This document shows, piece after piece, positions 52,375-62,085 of a stretch of DNA of 63,745 bases. This DNA comes from a virus. Taxonomy: Duplodnaviria > Caudoviricetes. How positions within the stretch are numbered: the stretch's first letter is position 1; each line of letters opens with the position of its first letter. The stretch covers positions 1-63,745 of IMG/VR virus record IMGVR_UViG_3300032164_000012, one strand, 5' to 3'. The notes below the pieces were generated by a model that made no database searches, was not told where the DNA came from, and saw nothing but the letters and a program-made list of their open reading frames with translations. The position numbers and the translations under genes are program-made.

Positions 52375-54416
52375 TCAAGGAGAAGGGAGGACGGGCACGG
52401 AGCATCCGGACGCCAGAGGAGACTAGTGACTCTCTCCGCGAGGAGATCGAGCGCCTATCTCCGGACGAGCGAAAGACTCTACGAGCCCTGCTGGTCGACA
52501 TGCAGACTGACCAGCGACGCATGCTCAAGTTCCTGGCAGAGCAGGAGTACAAGACGCCGCCGGTGGACATGAGGACGTTCATCAAGGACGACCGCTACCT
52601 CGGCCGTACCTGCGACAACCTCTATCCTCGACTCCTAGATGACCTCGTCGAGCTGTTCGAGGGCGGCTATCACGAGTGCATCTTCACTGGAGCGATCGGG
52701 TACGGAAAGACCTTCGCAGCCGCCATCGGAGTCTGTCGGGTGCTCTACGAGATCAGCTGTCTCAAGGACCCGCACAAGACTTTCGGCTTGGCCAAGGACA
52801 CGAACATTTCCGTTGTCTGTCTGTCGGTCAACGAGACCTTGGCCACGAAGGTCGTGTTCGAGAACATTTCTATCAAGGTCAAGGCTAGCCCCTATTTCCA
52901 GGACGAGTTTCGGTTCGAGGCTACGAAGAAGGAACTGCGGTTCCCCCATAACGTCTGGGTCGCAGCTCGAGCCACGACCGATACCAGCGCCCTCGGCCTC
53001 AACTGCATCTCGGCCTTCATCGATGAGTCGAACTTCATGCCTACTTCGCGCGGGCGCGCGGACGAGAGGTTCGGCTACGTAGACCATGCCGAGACCATCT
53101 ACAATGCAGTGAATCGCCGGATGAAAAGCCGTTTCAGTCAGCGAGGCAAGCTGCCTGGCATGATCTTCATCGTATCTTCCAAGAAGACAGCGGACGATTT
53201 CACGGCCCGACGTGTGCGCGAGTCGATGAACGACTCGTCGGTATTCGTTCGTGACTACGCTCTTTGGGAGATCAAGCCCGAGGACTACTACTCGGCTAAG
53301 AAGTTCTGGGTGCTGGTTGGCAACGAGCAAGTTCCCTCGCGTATCCTCGATGCTGAAGAGGCCGAGAGGGTCCGCCCACTTCTTCCCGAAAGCGTGGTGC
53401 TCTTGGACGTACCGGAGGACTTCCGGCCGGACTTCGAGCGCGACCTGGAAGGCTCCATCCGAGATCTAGGGGGGTGCGCAACGGTTGCCATCAGCCCCTT
53501 CATCCAGCGTCGCGAGAAGATCGTAGAGGCAGTCGACCCGAAGCGGTCGCATCCCTTCACCTCGCTCATCTACGATCCCTCGAAGGGGGGTGCTTTCGAC
53601 TGGGAACAGATGGTTCGGATGGTCAAAGAGAAGGACTTTGACGGCGGCGGCCAGCGGCTTCGGCCGCTCATCAACCCCAACGCTCCTCGGCACGTCCACA
53701 TCGATCCGTCGTTGCGCGGGGACTCCACAGGCCTGGTGATGGCGCACGTTTCCGGCTTCGTCGACGTGCGGCGGCGGAAGGCCGACGGTCAGGAGTATTT
53801 GGAGCGCGCCCCGACCTACGTTGTCGACCTACTGCTGAAAGTGGTGCCACCTGTTGGGGACGAGATCGTGCTCGGCGACGTCCGCCGGATCGTCTATGAC
53901 CTATCGGCGCATGGCTATCTTGTCACCTGTATCAGCATGGACAGCTGGCAATCCGCTGACGCCATCCAACAGCTTCAGCAGCGCGGATTCAACGCGAAGC
54001 TGTTGTCCGTCGATACCTCGATGGACCCCTACGACAACCTCAAGACGGCGCTCTACGAAGGACGCGTTTCCTACTACCGCTACGAGCCCCTCATCAAGGA
54101 GCTGCAGCAGCTGGAGAAGGACCTCAAGCGCAAGAAAGTCGATCACCCACCGAAGGGCAGCAAGGATCTGGCAGATGCCTTAGCCGGCTGTTTGTTCACT
54201 CTCTCCCAGCAGCAGACCATCCAGCCCGTTCCGATTCTGCGAGGTTCGTCGTACTATGGCGACGCATGGATGGTAGAACAGCAAGAAGCCTTCATGGCCG
54301 GTCAGCCTCTCGCCTCTGGGAACCAGCCTCTTTGCGACGTCCCTCAGATTCTTGTCGGGAGGGGCGGCAGTGGTGGCAGTGGCGGTTGGGGCGACGATGG
54401 GGGCGGCTGGCTGTAG
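52371..54416 (+). CDS. terL: terminase large subunit
   Basis: GAIGYGKT, AFIDESNF, HIDPS..GD, DSWQS, GSKDLADA. Confidence 0.9.
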   Translation: MIKEKGGRARSIRTPEETSDSLREEIERLSPDERKTLRALLVDMQTDQRRMLKFLAEQEYKTPPVDMRTFIKDDRYLGRTCDNLYPRLLDDLVELFEGGYHECIFTGAIGYGKTFAAAIGVCRVLYEISCLKDPHKTFGLAKDTNISVVCLSVNETLATKVVFENISIKVKASPYFQDEFRFEATKKELRFPHNVWVAARATTDTSALGLNCISAFIDESNFMPTSRGRADERFGYVDHAETIYNAVNRRMKSRFSQRGKLPGMIFIVSSKKTADDFTARRVRESMNDSSVFVRDYALWEIKPEDYYSAKKFWVLVGNEQVPSRILDAEEAERVRPLLPESVVLLDVPEDFRPDFERDLEGSIRDLGGCATVAISPFIQRREKIVEAVDPKRSHPFTSLIYDPSKGGAFDWEQMVRMVKEKDFDGGGQRLRPLINPNAPRHVHIDPSLRGDSTGLVMAHVSGFVDVRRRKADGQEYLERAPTYVVDLLLKVVPPVGDEIVLGDVRRIVYDLSAHGYLVTCISMDSWQSADAIQQLQQRGFNAKLLSVDTSMDPYDNLKTALYEGRVSYYRYEPLIKELQQLEKDLKRKKVDHPPKGSKDLADALAGCLFTLSQQQTIQPVPILRGSSYYGDAWMVEQQEAFMAGQPLASGNQPLCDVPQILVGRGGSGGSGGWGDDGGGWL

Positions 54417-54429
54417 GCGGGAGAACCTG

Positions 54430-54756
54430 ATGTCCTTCGATAAGCTCCACGAAGTGTTCGGTCCTCCTCGGCCTGTGGGTACGGCACGAGTGCTGACGTC
54501 CCCCTCTCGGCTCTCCAAGGAGACTGCCGAGAAGCTCTGCCAGGAGCTTTCTCTGGACGTGGTGATGCGCGATCTGGGGGCGGTCGCCGCTCGGGTGATA
54601 GCAGACTCGCTGGAGGAGCTAGGACTGCGCGCTGCCGACTATGCCGACTTGGAATCAATCCCCAAGACCCTTGCCAAGCGCATCGCCGACGAGGTGCAGA
54701 AGAACCCCGAGAGCTTCAACAAGGCGCTGGTCGACCAACTGGCGCTGAGAGGCTGA
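54430..54756 (+). CDS. hypothetical protein
   Basis: GGGAG RBS, lies between TerL and portal. Confidence 0.6.
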   Translation: MSFDKLHEVFGPPRPVGTARVLTSPSRLSKETAEKLCQELSLDVVMRDLGAVAARVIADSLEELGLRAADYADLESIPKTLAKRIADEVQKNPESFNKALVDQLALRG

Positions 54757-54759
54757 TCG

Positions 54760-56616
54760 ATGGGGTTCATCAACGACATCTCCCGCAAGGTCAAGGGCTA
54801 CTTCGCCAAGGACAAAGAACACGCGGTCCAGCAGCTTGCCAAGGGAGCCACGTCCGCTGTCGCCCCGATGGGGACGGGTGACATGCTCACGGTGTTCGGC
54901 TACGACGCTGTGGCGGAATACCTGCGGATCGAGCACGACCTCCTGGCGCGCTATGTCGACTACGAGGAGATGGACGACTACCCCGAGATATCGACAGCCA
55001 TCGACATCTTTGCGGACGACGCTACGCAACCGGACACGCAGATCAACCGCTCGCTCTGGGTCACGGCGAAGGACCGCAAGATCCAGAACATCCTCGATGA
55101 CCTGCTGCGCAAGCAGCTCCGTTCCGACGAGGAGGCGCAGGAAATCGCTCGCACCACCGTCAAGTATGGGAACGACTTCGAGGAGATGGTGGTCACGCGG
55201 GATGGTGTGATCGGTCTGACACACCTGCCTCCCTGCACCATCCGACGGATGGAGGGTCGCCGAGGAGAGCTGTACGGCTTCATCCAGGACTTCAAGATGA
55301 AGTTCAACACCTCCACGGACGACTTCCGCCAGCTGCTCGCGACGCGCATCTCGGGAAACCTGCGGGACTCGTCTGACGCCGACCAGGTGACGGTACTGGA
55401 GGATTGGGAGGTCGTCCACTTCCGGCTGCGCGGCAAGCAGCGCCGCTCCATCTACGGGCATTCGGTCCTTGAGCCTGCCAGGTGGATCTGGAAGCGGCTC
55501 AACATCCTGGAGGACTCGGCCATCTACTACCGGCTCGTCCGGTCGCCCGAACGCTACGTCTACTACGTCAACACCGGCAACCTGCCGCCGGCCGAAGCGT
55601 TCGCCTATACCAACAAGCTGCGGCAGCAGATCCGCAAGAAGAAGTTCATCAACCCGTCCACGGGCAAGCTCGACCTCAAGTTCGAGACGCTCGCCATCGA
55701 CGACGACCTGTTCATTCCGTCCCCGCAGGGTCAGGACAGCACGCGTGTCGAGGTGCTGGGGTCGCCGACCTGGCAGCACATGGACGACATCGAGTACTTC
55801 CGCGACAAGCTGTTCGCCGCCATCAAGATCCCGAAGGCGTATCTGGCGCAGGATCAGAACACGGCGCGCGCGGTGCTGTCGTCGGAGGACGTCCGGTTCG
55901 CGCGGTCGGTGCTGCGCATCCAGCGTGAGCTGCGTAGCGGCTACTCCAAGATCGCCCGCGTTCACCTGGCGGCGCTCGGCATCGATCCCTACGCGGTCGA
56001 TTACGACATCAACATGACCGTGCCCTCGTCCGTGTTCGAGCTGGCGCAGCTCGAGGTACGCAACGCGCGCGCCGATCTCGCTGGCCGGATGCGTGACTTC
56101 GTCTCGCTTCACTGGATTCTCTCCAAGATCTTCGGGCTTGCCGACAAGGAGATCGAGGAAGTCGTCAAGGAGCGTGGCGACGACATGAAGCGCGACACGA
56201 TGGCTCAGGCGGAAGCAGAGACGACGGCACAGGACGAGTACGGCTTCAGTCCGCAGATGGGTCCGGCACTACCTCCACCGGAACTACCGCCTGCCGAAAT
56301 GGGACCAGAGCAGCCAACTCAGGCCGCACGAGCTATGCAGCCGGCTGAATCTCGGAGGAATCAGTGGCGGGCTGAGTTGGCAGAACGTCAGAGAGAGAAC
56401 GCGCGGACCAACTCGCGTAATCGCCGAGTACGCGGTATTCAGGAACAGGAACTATTTCGGGGGAGCCGCGAAGCCGAGAAGCGAGCCGAAGGCAAACTCG
56501 ACCAGTTGCTGGTCAACGACACACGTTTTGCTCGTCGAGTGGACGAGCTACAGACCCTTCTCACCGAGATGCGCCAGGCCGGTGCGCTCGGGCATCCCCG
56601 CAAGAAGGCGGGATGA
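54760..56616 (+). CDS. portal protein (T4 gp20-like)
   Basis: YEEMD.YPEI..AIDI, HFRL, G.SVLE.AR, LEDS..YRL.RSPER..YV..GNLP, DIEYF..KLF.A.KIP. Confidence 0.92.
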   Translation: MGFINDISRKVKGYFAKDKEHAVQQLAKGATSAVAPMGTGDMLTVFGYDAVAEYLRIEHDLLARYVDYEEMDDYPEISTAIDIFADDATQPDTQINRSLWVTAKDRKIQNILDDLLRKQLRSDEEAQEIARTTVKYGNDFEEMVVTRDGVIGLTHLPPCTIRRMEGRRGELYGFIQDFKMKFNTSTDDFRQLLATRISGNLRDSSDADQVTVLEDWEVVHFRLRGKQRRSIYGHSVLEPARWIWKRLNILEDSAIYYRLVRSPERYVYYVNTGNLPPAEAFAYTNKLRQQIRKKKFINPSTGKLDLKFETLAIDDDLFIPSPQGQDSTRVEVLGSPTWQHMDDIEYFRDKLFAAIKIPKAYLAQDQNTARAVLSSEDVRFARSVLRIQRELRSGYSKIARVHLAALGIDPYAVDYDINMTVPSSVFELAQLEVRNARADLAGRMRDFVSLHWILSKIFGLADKEIEEVVKERGDDMKRDTMAQAEAETTAQDEYGFSPQMGPALPPPELPPAEMGPEQPTQAARAMQPAESRRNQWRAELAERQRENARTNSRNRRVRGIQEQELFRGSREAEKRAEGKLDQLLVNDTRFARRVDELQTLLTEMRQAGALGHPRKKAG

Positions 56617-56655
56617 TTCTATCGAGTACCCTCTTGACAACCCAACCATGTCGGC

Positions 56656-56684
56656 TTGACAGTGATGTAGGTAGAAGGTAGCCT
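56656..56684 (+). promoter_or_regulatory. sigma70-type promoter for the head operon
   Basis: TTGACA-17-TAGCCT, with a second TTGACA at 56634. Confidence 0.6.
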
Positions 56685-56692
56685 GCTTGCAC

Positions 56693-57628
56693 ATGTCGAT
56701 CAGCATGCAGCGGTTCGTTCCAGCGGAAGAGATCGCCAAGATCGCTGCTGGGAGCTATGAGTCCTTGATCGCTCACCTCGATGAAGCGCTGCAACAGGAG
56801 CGCGTCAAGATTTTCGGGGAGGACGTTCCTGCGCGTGTAGTCGGAACGTTCGACAAGCACTTCGTCGCGGCTAACCAGAGTGGCCAGTTTCGCAAGATCC
56901 GCTTCGAGCGGTCCGCAGCTGGGACACTCAAGCTGGTTGGGCACGAAGTCGTCGAGGTCAAGAGCTACGCTCCTGAGAGTATCGGCGACTGGGTGAAGGT
57001 TGAGGCGCTTCGAGTTGTGGACGCCTTCATCGTCGGCGGTTTGTCGGAAGGGACGGAAAGGCTACGCACGCTTGTTCCGTTCGTTCTCAAGGCCTCGCCG
57101 GTCGAGCCGCGTCTGATCGAAGGTGTCGTTCTCACGATCAAGGGTGACCGTACCTGGAAGACGCTCTATCGGGAGCGGGCTGCGCACTTCAAGTCCTTCC
57201 TCGGTGAAGCGGTTGCAGCTTCACCGGAGTCGCCCAAGTACGCCAAGCTCTACGACGGTTCCATCAAGGTCGGAGAGCTGGACAACTTCCGCGATCTGGT
57301 CAACGAAGACCTGACGACTCTCGGGACGCATCTCGGGAACATCGCAGAGGACGTAGAAGGGGCCATCACAGCCCTCACGCTTCTCGCGAGTAGCGTTGGC
57401 AAGGAGGAGACCGACGCGTTGACCGCGCTGGGCAGCTTTGCCCAAGATCTCCTCTCCGATCTCCGTGGCATCCAGAAGGTGACCATGGAAAGCTCCTCCA
57501 AGATCAGCAGCGTGTCCGGCTTGGCCGAGATCCACGACGCTCTGGTGGGAGAGCTGCACCTGTTCGAGACCGCCAGCCGCTTCATCATCGCCATGACCAA
57601 GAACCTCGTGGATGCAGGCCAGAAGTAG
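56693..57628 (+). CDS. putative head/prohead core protein
   Basis: position between portal and protease; helical. Confidence 0.6.
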   Translation: MSISMQRFVPAEEIAKIAAGSYESLIAHLDEALQQERVKIFGEDVPARVVGTFDKHFVAANQSGQFRKIRFERSAAGTLKLVGHEVVEVKSYAPESIGDWVKVEALRVVDAFIVGGLSEGTERLRTLVPFVLKASPVEPRLIEGVVLTIKGDRTWKTLYRERAAHFKSFLGEAVAASPESPKYAKLYDGSIKVGELDNFRDLVNEDLTTLGTHLGNIAEDVEGAITALTLLASSVGKEETDALTALGSFAQDLLSDLRGIQKVTMESSSKISSVSGLAEIHDALVGELHLFETASRFIIAMTKNLVDAGQK

Positions 57629-57643
57629 TAGGAGGAACCCGCG

Positions 57644-58642
57644 ATGTCCAGGAACCCCGTTCTCATCACGACCCTCGACGAGGACATGAAGGCCATCGGC
57701 CTCGACATCCGCGAGGCGGACGAAGGCGAGAAGAAGGACGACGAGCTTTCACCCGAACAGAAGAAGAAGGCGGCTGAGAAGCCAGGCAAGGAGCGCGAGG
57801 CCATTCCCGAGACGAAGAAGGAGGGAGCCGAGAACCCTCCAGCCGAGGCTCCGCTAGACGAGAAGGTTCGTCACGCGGTGGTCGGTTCTCGTGCGATCCG
57901 GAAGACCCTTCACAGGATGCACGGTGCGGAGAAGGCGAAGGCGAAGGCGTTTGAGCGCTCCGCTGGTGGCAAGAAGCTCCGTCGCAAGGAGAAGAAGTTC
58001 CGGAAGACCTCCAGGGGGCAGCGGAGGGCGGCGAAGCACAAGCGCGTCCTCAGCCGGTTCGAGAGCACCGACGTGCAGAATCTTCGCACGGCTGTCGAGT
58101 GCTTCCGTCGCGTCGCCGGTCCGAACGAGGTGACCGAGGCCAAGAAGGTCGAGCGGACTTCCGATCGCGTCACCACTCTGCTTGAGGAGGTCCGGACTAT
58201 CCTCGAAGCCGCTCGCACCCCGAAGGTGTCGATGGACGAGGCGATCAAGACTTTCGCCAACGTCGCCATCATCAGCGAGACGCTGTCCAACATCTTCCGC
58301 TCCGTCAGCGACTACGACGGTCACGAGGATCAGCTGACCGAGGAGGAGTTGGCGGACATCAAGCGGCTGTCCGAGACGGCTGAGAACTTCTCCGAGATGG
58401 CGGAAGCAGCGGCCGACTATGCCACTCGCATGAAGGCCAATTCCCTGTCCGAGGAGGAGCAGCAGAACCTCGGCGAGGACTTCAACAACATGATGACCGC
58501 CCTCCTCCAGGGTCTCGAGGTCTATGCCGAGATCGAGGAAGCCTGCGACGAGGACGATGACGACGATGACGACGACGAGAAGGGCAAGGACAAGAAGGGC
58601 GAGGGTGGCGAGGGGGAAGCCGAGAAGGGGGGCAAGAAGTAG
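57644..58642 (+). CDS. putative prohead core/scaffold protein
   Basis: basic and acidic blocks, several (I/L)xE sites, upstream of the protease. Confidence 0.65.
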   Translation: MSRNPVLITTLDEDMKAIGLDIREADEGEKKDDELSPEQKKKAAEKPGKEREAIPETKKEGAENPPAEAPLDEKVRHAVVGSRAIRKTLHRMHGAEKAKAKAFERSAGGKKLRRKEKKFRKTSRGQRRAAKHKRVLSRFESTDVQNLRTAVECFRRVAGPNEVTEAKKVERTSDRVTTLLEEVRTILEAARTPKVSMDEAIKTFANVAIISETLSNIFRSVSDYDGHEDQLTEEELADIKRLSETAENFSEMAEAAADYATRMKANSLSEEEQQNLGEDFNNMMTALLQGLEVYAEIEEACDEDDDDDDDDEKGKDKKGEGGEGEAEKGGKK

Positions 58643-58836
58643 CCCCCCAGGTCGAAGCCCAGACGCAACGGGTTCGGAGGACGGCATACAGTAGTGGCAG
58701 GAGTGAAGTTATCGGGTTCGAGAAGACACACTTCGGAAGCCCGACCAGGAAGACCCGGAAGAAGACCGGGGTGAACCTGGGAGCCGCGTCGCCTTTCAAG
58801 TACAAGAAGTGGCGGCGCTACTAGAAGAGGAAGAGG

Positions 58837-60390
58837 ATGCTCACGGAGACGAACAGCGCGTCAGTCAAACAGCCCAAGAGGCTGCTCACCGACATGCGCT
58901 ACGTTCAGCTTCAGCTAGCTGAGGCCTCCGAGCCAGGCAAGGTAGTAGTGCGCGGCGAGTTCGCTCGTTGTGGTCTCGCCACTGAGAACAAGCGCGTCTA
59001 CAACCAGAAGATCTGGGAGCAGCAGTTCCAGCGCCTCTCCCCTGCCCTCCAGGATCGTCGTGTTCTCGGCGAGCTTGACCACCCGACCGATGGCCGGACC
59101 CAGCTCGCGCGTGTCAGTCACATCATCACCCAACTCAACATCTCCGGCGACAAGGTGATCGGCGAAGCCGAGATCCTCGACACCGAACGGGGCAAGAACC
59201 TCAAGGCTCTGCTCCAGGCCGGGTGCAAGATCGGGGTTAGCTCGCGCGGGTACGGTTCGACGGTGGAGAACGACAAGGGCGAGTCAGTGGTCCAAGAGGA
59301 CTACAAGCTCGTCTCTTTCGACTTCGTTGCCGAGCCGGCCGACGCCAGCGCCTATCCCGAAGTCTTCTTCGAGGGAGTGGAGATCGACATGGACGCCGAT
59401 CAGGATATGGCCAAGAAGTTCGCCGACAGGGTCGAGGCTGAGGCCAAGGGCATCGCTGCCAAGAACACCGCCTCGCTTCGCGAGGAAATGGCCAACACGC
59501 TGATCGCTGAGATCGCCAAGGTCAAGGACGCGCTGCGCGAGCAAGTGCGGACCGAATTGCTGGCGGACCCGGCTGTTGCGGCGGCCAAGACGGCGCTCGA
59601 CGCCATCAAGGAACACGTTCGCCCGTTCATTCTCCCGGCCGACGCCGAAGGCGTGGTCAAGGTGAAGGATGCCGAGATCAAGCGCCTGAAGAACGAGATG
59701 GCAGAGCGGGACCTCAAGATCAAGGGGCTGGAGGAGGAGAACGACAAGCTTGCCTCTGCCGCCCGCGAGATCGGCTACAAGTTCTTCCTCGAGCGCGTGC
59801 TCCAGGACGATCCCGATGCCGAGACCGTGCGCAAGCTGATCGGTGACGTCAAGGTCTACGAGAGTGCTGAGGCGCTCAAGCTCAAGGTCGCTTCGGTGCG
59901 TGAGGAGCTGTCCAAGCGTCGCGAGGAAGAGACCAAGCGCGCGCAGGATCAGCGGCACCTCATCGACGAGGCGAAGGCCGAGGAGCACGCCAAGATGACG
60001 GCGGTCATCGGTGAGCGCGCGAAGCTGATGGAGGCGCTCGAGAAGAGCGTCGTCGTCAACAAGCAGCTTGCTCTCCAGGTCTACGTGGAGCGGCAGTTGA
60101 CGAACCATCCGAAAGCTGACAAGATCCGATCCATCATCGAGTCGTCGAAGGCTTCGACGAAGGAAGAGGTCGACACCCTGATCGAGCAGGTCGGCATCGC
60201 TGCCGCTCCAGCTCACCAGGACCCCGACGACCTCGACAAGGTCCGTGCTCAAGTTCGGCAGAAGGTCGGCGGCGGTCGTGAGACCGACCAACTGATCGAA
60301 GAGAAGGGCACGGGTCGCGCCAAGGACAACTACAACGGACTGGGCATCAATCTTGATGAGTTGAAGTCTCTGTCCGGGATGACCAGGTAG
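58837..60390 (+). CDS. prohead protease (T4 gp21-like) fused to a coiled-coil scaffold
   Basis: NKRVY, LGELDHP, VSHII, GVSSRGYGS, FDFVAEPA. Confidence 0.92.
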   Translation: MLTETNSASVKQPKRLLTDMRYVQLQLAEASEPGKVVVRGEFARCGLATENKRVYNQKIWEQQFQRLSPALQDRRVLGELDHPTDGRTQLARVSHIITQLNISGDKVIGEAEILDTERGKNLKALLQAGCKIGVSSRGYGSTVENDKGESVVQEDYKLVSFDFVAEPADASAYPEVFFEGVEIDMDADQDMAKKFADRVEAEAKGIAAKNTASLREEMANTLIAEIAKVKDALREQVRTELLADPAVAAAKTALDAIKEHVRPFILPADAEGVVKVKDAEIKRLKNEMAERDLKIKGLEEENDKLASAAREIGYKFFLERVLQDDPDAETVRKLIGDVKVYESAEALKLKVASVREELSKRREEETKRAQDQRHLIDEAKAEEHAKMTAVIGERAKLMEALEKSVVVNKQLALQVYVERQLTNHPKADKIRSIIESSKASTKEEVDTLIEQVGIAAAPAHQDPDDLDKVRAQVRQKVGGGRETDQLIEEKGTGRAKDNYNGLGINLDELKSLSGMTR

Positions 60391-60408
60391 CAGTTCGTTC
60401 ACAACAAC

Positions 60409-60422
60409 CCGCCTTCGGGCGG
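60409..60422 (+). promoter_or_regulatory. UUCG tetraloop hairpin in the capsid gene leader
   Basis: CCGCC-TTCG-GGCGG upstream of GAGGAGG. Confidence 0.5.
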
Positions 60423-60451
60423 CCGAAAAGGAACGTAGAGGAGGAAGTACG

Positions 60452-61954
60452 ATGAGCGAGGCGCGCCATATCCTGCTTGAGGACGCCAAGAGGACCATTG
60501 CCGACAAGTCCTACGTCGGCGCTCTCATCAGGAAGTGGCGGGACTTCCTGGAGGGGCTCCCGGATCGCTCCGACAAGGAGCGATACAGCCTCGGCGTGAC
60601 CGCGATCTTGATGGAGAACGAGTCGCAGCATCTCCAGGCCATGTCGGAGGAGACGCGGACGCTGAACGTCGGCTCGTTCACGAAGTTCATCTTCCCCATC
60701 CTTCGTCGTGTGTTCCCCAACCTGATCGCCAACGAGATCGTCTCGGTTCAGCCGATGACGGCCCCGGTCGGAGCGGTCTTCTACCTCGACTACGTCTACG
60801 GCACCAACAAGGGCCAGACGCAGCAGGGCTACATCTTCCCGCGTGACTTCGACCGTGACTACTCCTCGGAGTACGTGAACGGCGAGGCGCTCGCGACCGG
60901 CAACGCGGTGGACTACGGCGGAGCCGGCCCCGTCCTTGCGCTGGCTGCGACGCTCGTGTACGTTCCGGTCCGTCCGCTCGACACCGTGCGCGGCTTCTCG
61001 GTCAAGATCGTCGACATCGACCCGGTGACCGGCGCGATCGTGCAGCAGGCGACCGACAACGGTTCCACCGGCTTCACGGGCAATGTGCTGGCGGGCAACA
61101 TCGCCTACACCAACGGCTCGCTGACGGCCTTCCTCTTCACCAACCCGCCGGGCATGAACCACCCGATCCGGGCGCTCTACTACTACGACGCCGAGATGAA
61201 CTCGCGCGTCCCGCAGATCAACCTGGACGTCAAGCAGCAGCCCGTCCAGGCGGTCAGCCGCAAGATCAAGGCGCTGTGGAGCGCTGAGGCGGCTGAGGAT
61301 CTGAAGGCGTTCCACGGGGTCGACGCCGAGACCGAGATGGTCGCGGCTGTTGCCCAGGAGATCGCCCTCGAGATCGATCGCGAGATCATCAACTCGCTCT
61401 ACCTCAGCTCGGGCGGTACGACCGGCACTTTCGACCGCGTCCCTCCGGCGGGCATCAACGAGCTGGATCACCTCCGTGGTCTGATCACTCAGATCGCCAC
61501 GGTTTCCAACCTGATCCACAAGAAGACCCTGCGCGCTCCGGCCAACTGGATCGTCACCAGCCCCGAGGTATCGGCGCTGATCACGCAGCTCCAGACTCAC
61601 GGCGACTTCCGCGCCCTGTGGACCTCGGGCGGCGAGTCCCCCTACGGGCCGGCGGATATGCCCCGCCCGCTCGTCCAGCACGGTCAGTTCGGCATCTACA
61701 AGACCGGCATGCTCAGCAACAAGTGGCTGGTCTACGAAGATCCCTTCTTCCCGCGCGACAAGATGCTGATCGGCCTCAAGGGCTCCAGCTTCCTCGACGC
61801 TGGCTATGCCTGGGCTCCGTACATCCCGCTCCAGGTCACCCCGACCTTCCTCGATCCGGCGGACTTCAGCTTCCGCAAGGGTCTCCGCACCCGCTACGCG
61901 ACCAAGCTCCTGCGCAGCGAGTTCTACGGCCAGGTCGGCATCCAGAACCTCTAG
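60452..61954 (+). CDS. major capsid protein (T4 gp23-like)
   Basis: RRVFPNLIANEIVSVQPMTAP, RKIKALWSAEAAEDL, EIDREII, YAWAPYIPL, TRY. Confidence 0.95.
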   Translation: MSEARHILLEDAKRTIADKSYVGALIRKWRDFLEGLPDRSDKERYSLGVTAILMENESQHLQAMSEETRTLNVGSFTKFIFPILRRVFPNLIANEIVSVQPMTAPVGAVFYLDYVYGTNKGQTQQGYIFPRDFDRDYSSEYVNGEALATGNAVDYGGAGPVLALAATLVYVPVRPLDTVRGFSVKIVDIDPVTGAIVQQATDNGSTGFTGNVLAGNIAYTNGSLTAFLFTNPPGMNHPIRALYYYDAEMNSRVPQINLDVKQQPVQAVSRKIKALWSAEAAEDLKAFHGVDAETEMVAAVAQEIALEIDREIINSLYLSSGGTTGTFDRVPPAGINELDHLRGLITQIATVSNLIHKKTLRAPANWIVTSPEVSALITQLQTHGDFRALWTSGGESPYGPADMPRPLVQHGQFGIYKTGMLSNKWLVYEDPFFPRDKMLIGLKGSSFLDAGYAWAPYIPLQVTPTFLDPADFSFRKGLRTRYATKLLRSEFYGQVGIQNL

Positions 61955-61986
61955 ACCTCCAACTCCACCGCCACTTCCGGCAGATA

Positions 61987-62032
61987 ACACGCCGCCTTCG
62001 TCCTTCTGGATGCAGGCGGGCGTGTACCTTCT
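61987..62032 (+). terminator. long GC-rich hairpin after the capsid gene, possible terminator
   Basis: ACACGCC.GCCT...AGGC.GGGCGTGT followed by a weak T-tract. Confidence 0.5.
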
Positions 62033-62057
62033 TGCAGGCTTGAGGTATAACGATCTT

Positions 62058-62073
62058 GCGACCATGTGGTCGC
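62058..62073. promoter_or_regulatory. 16-bp palindromic element, copy 6
   Basis: GCGACCATGTGGTCGC starting 7 nt after TATAAC (62046-62051). Confidence 0.75.
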
Positions 62074-62085
62074 AGGATTCGGACG

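Noticed and set aside
58545-58580. GAC/GAT triplet repeats (also the GAG run near 14450)
   Set aside because: They simply encode acidic low-complexity tails
58643-58780. TAG readthrough of ORF 57644
   Set aside because: The zero-frame continuation has atypical codons and stops short of the next gene, whereas the -1 frame fills the gap
61955-62050. tRNA or ncRNA gene after the capsid gene
   Set aside because: No cloverleaf, T-loop or CCA pattern; a single hairpin plus a promoter explains the region
54655-62065. Long minus-strand ORFs (485, 407, 572 aa; also 29956-31221 and 45261-46829)
   Set aside because: Antisense shadows of strongly GC3-biased + strand genes (portal, protease, capsid, SSB, effector), with no recognisable motifs
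1633-62073. GCGACCA palindrome as a terminator or REP element
   Set aside because: No U-tract, a very short loop, both orientations occur, and copies mostly lie upstream of genes; an RNA role is not fully excluded
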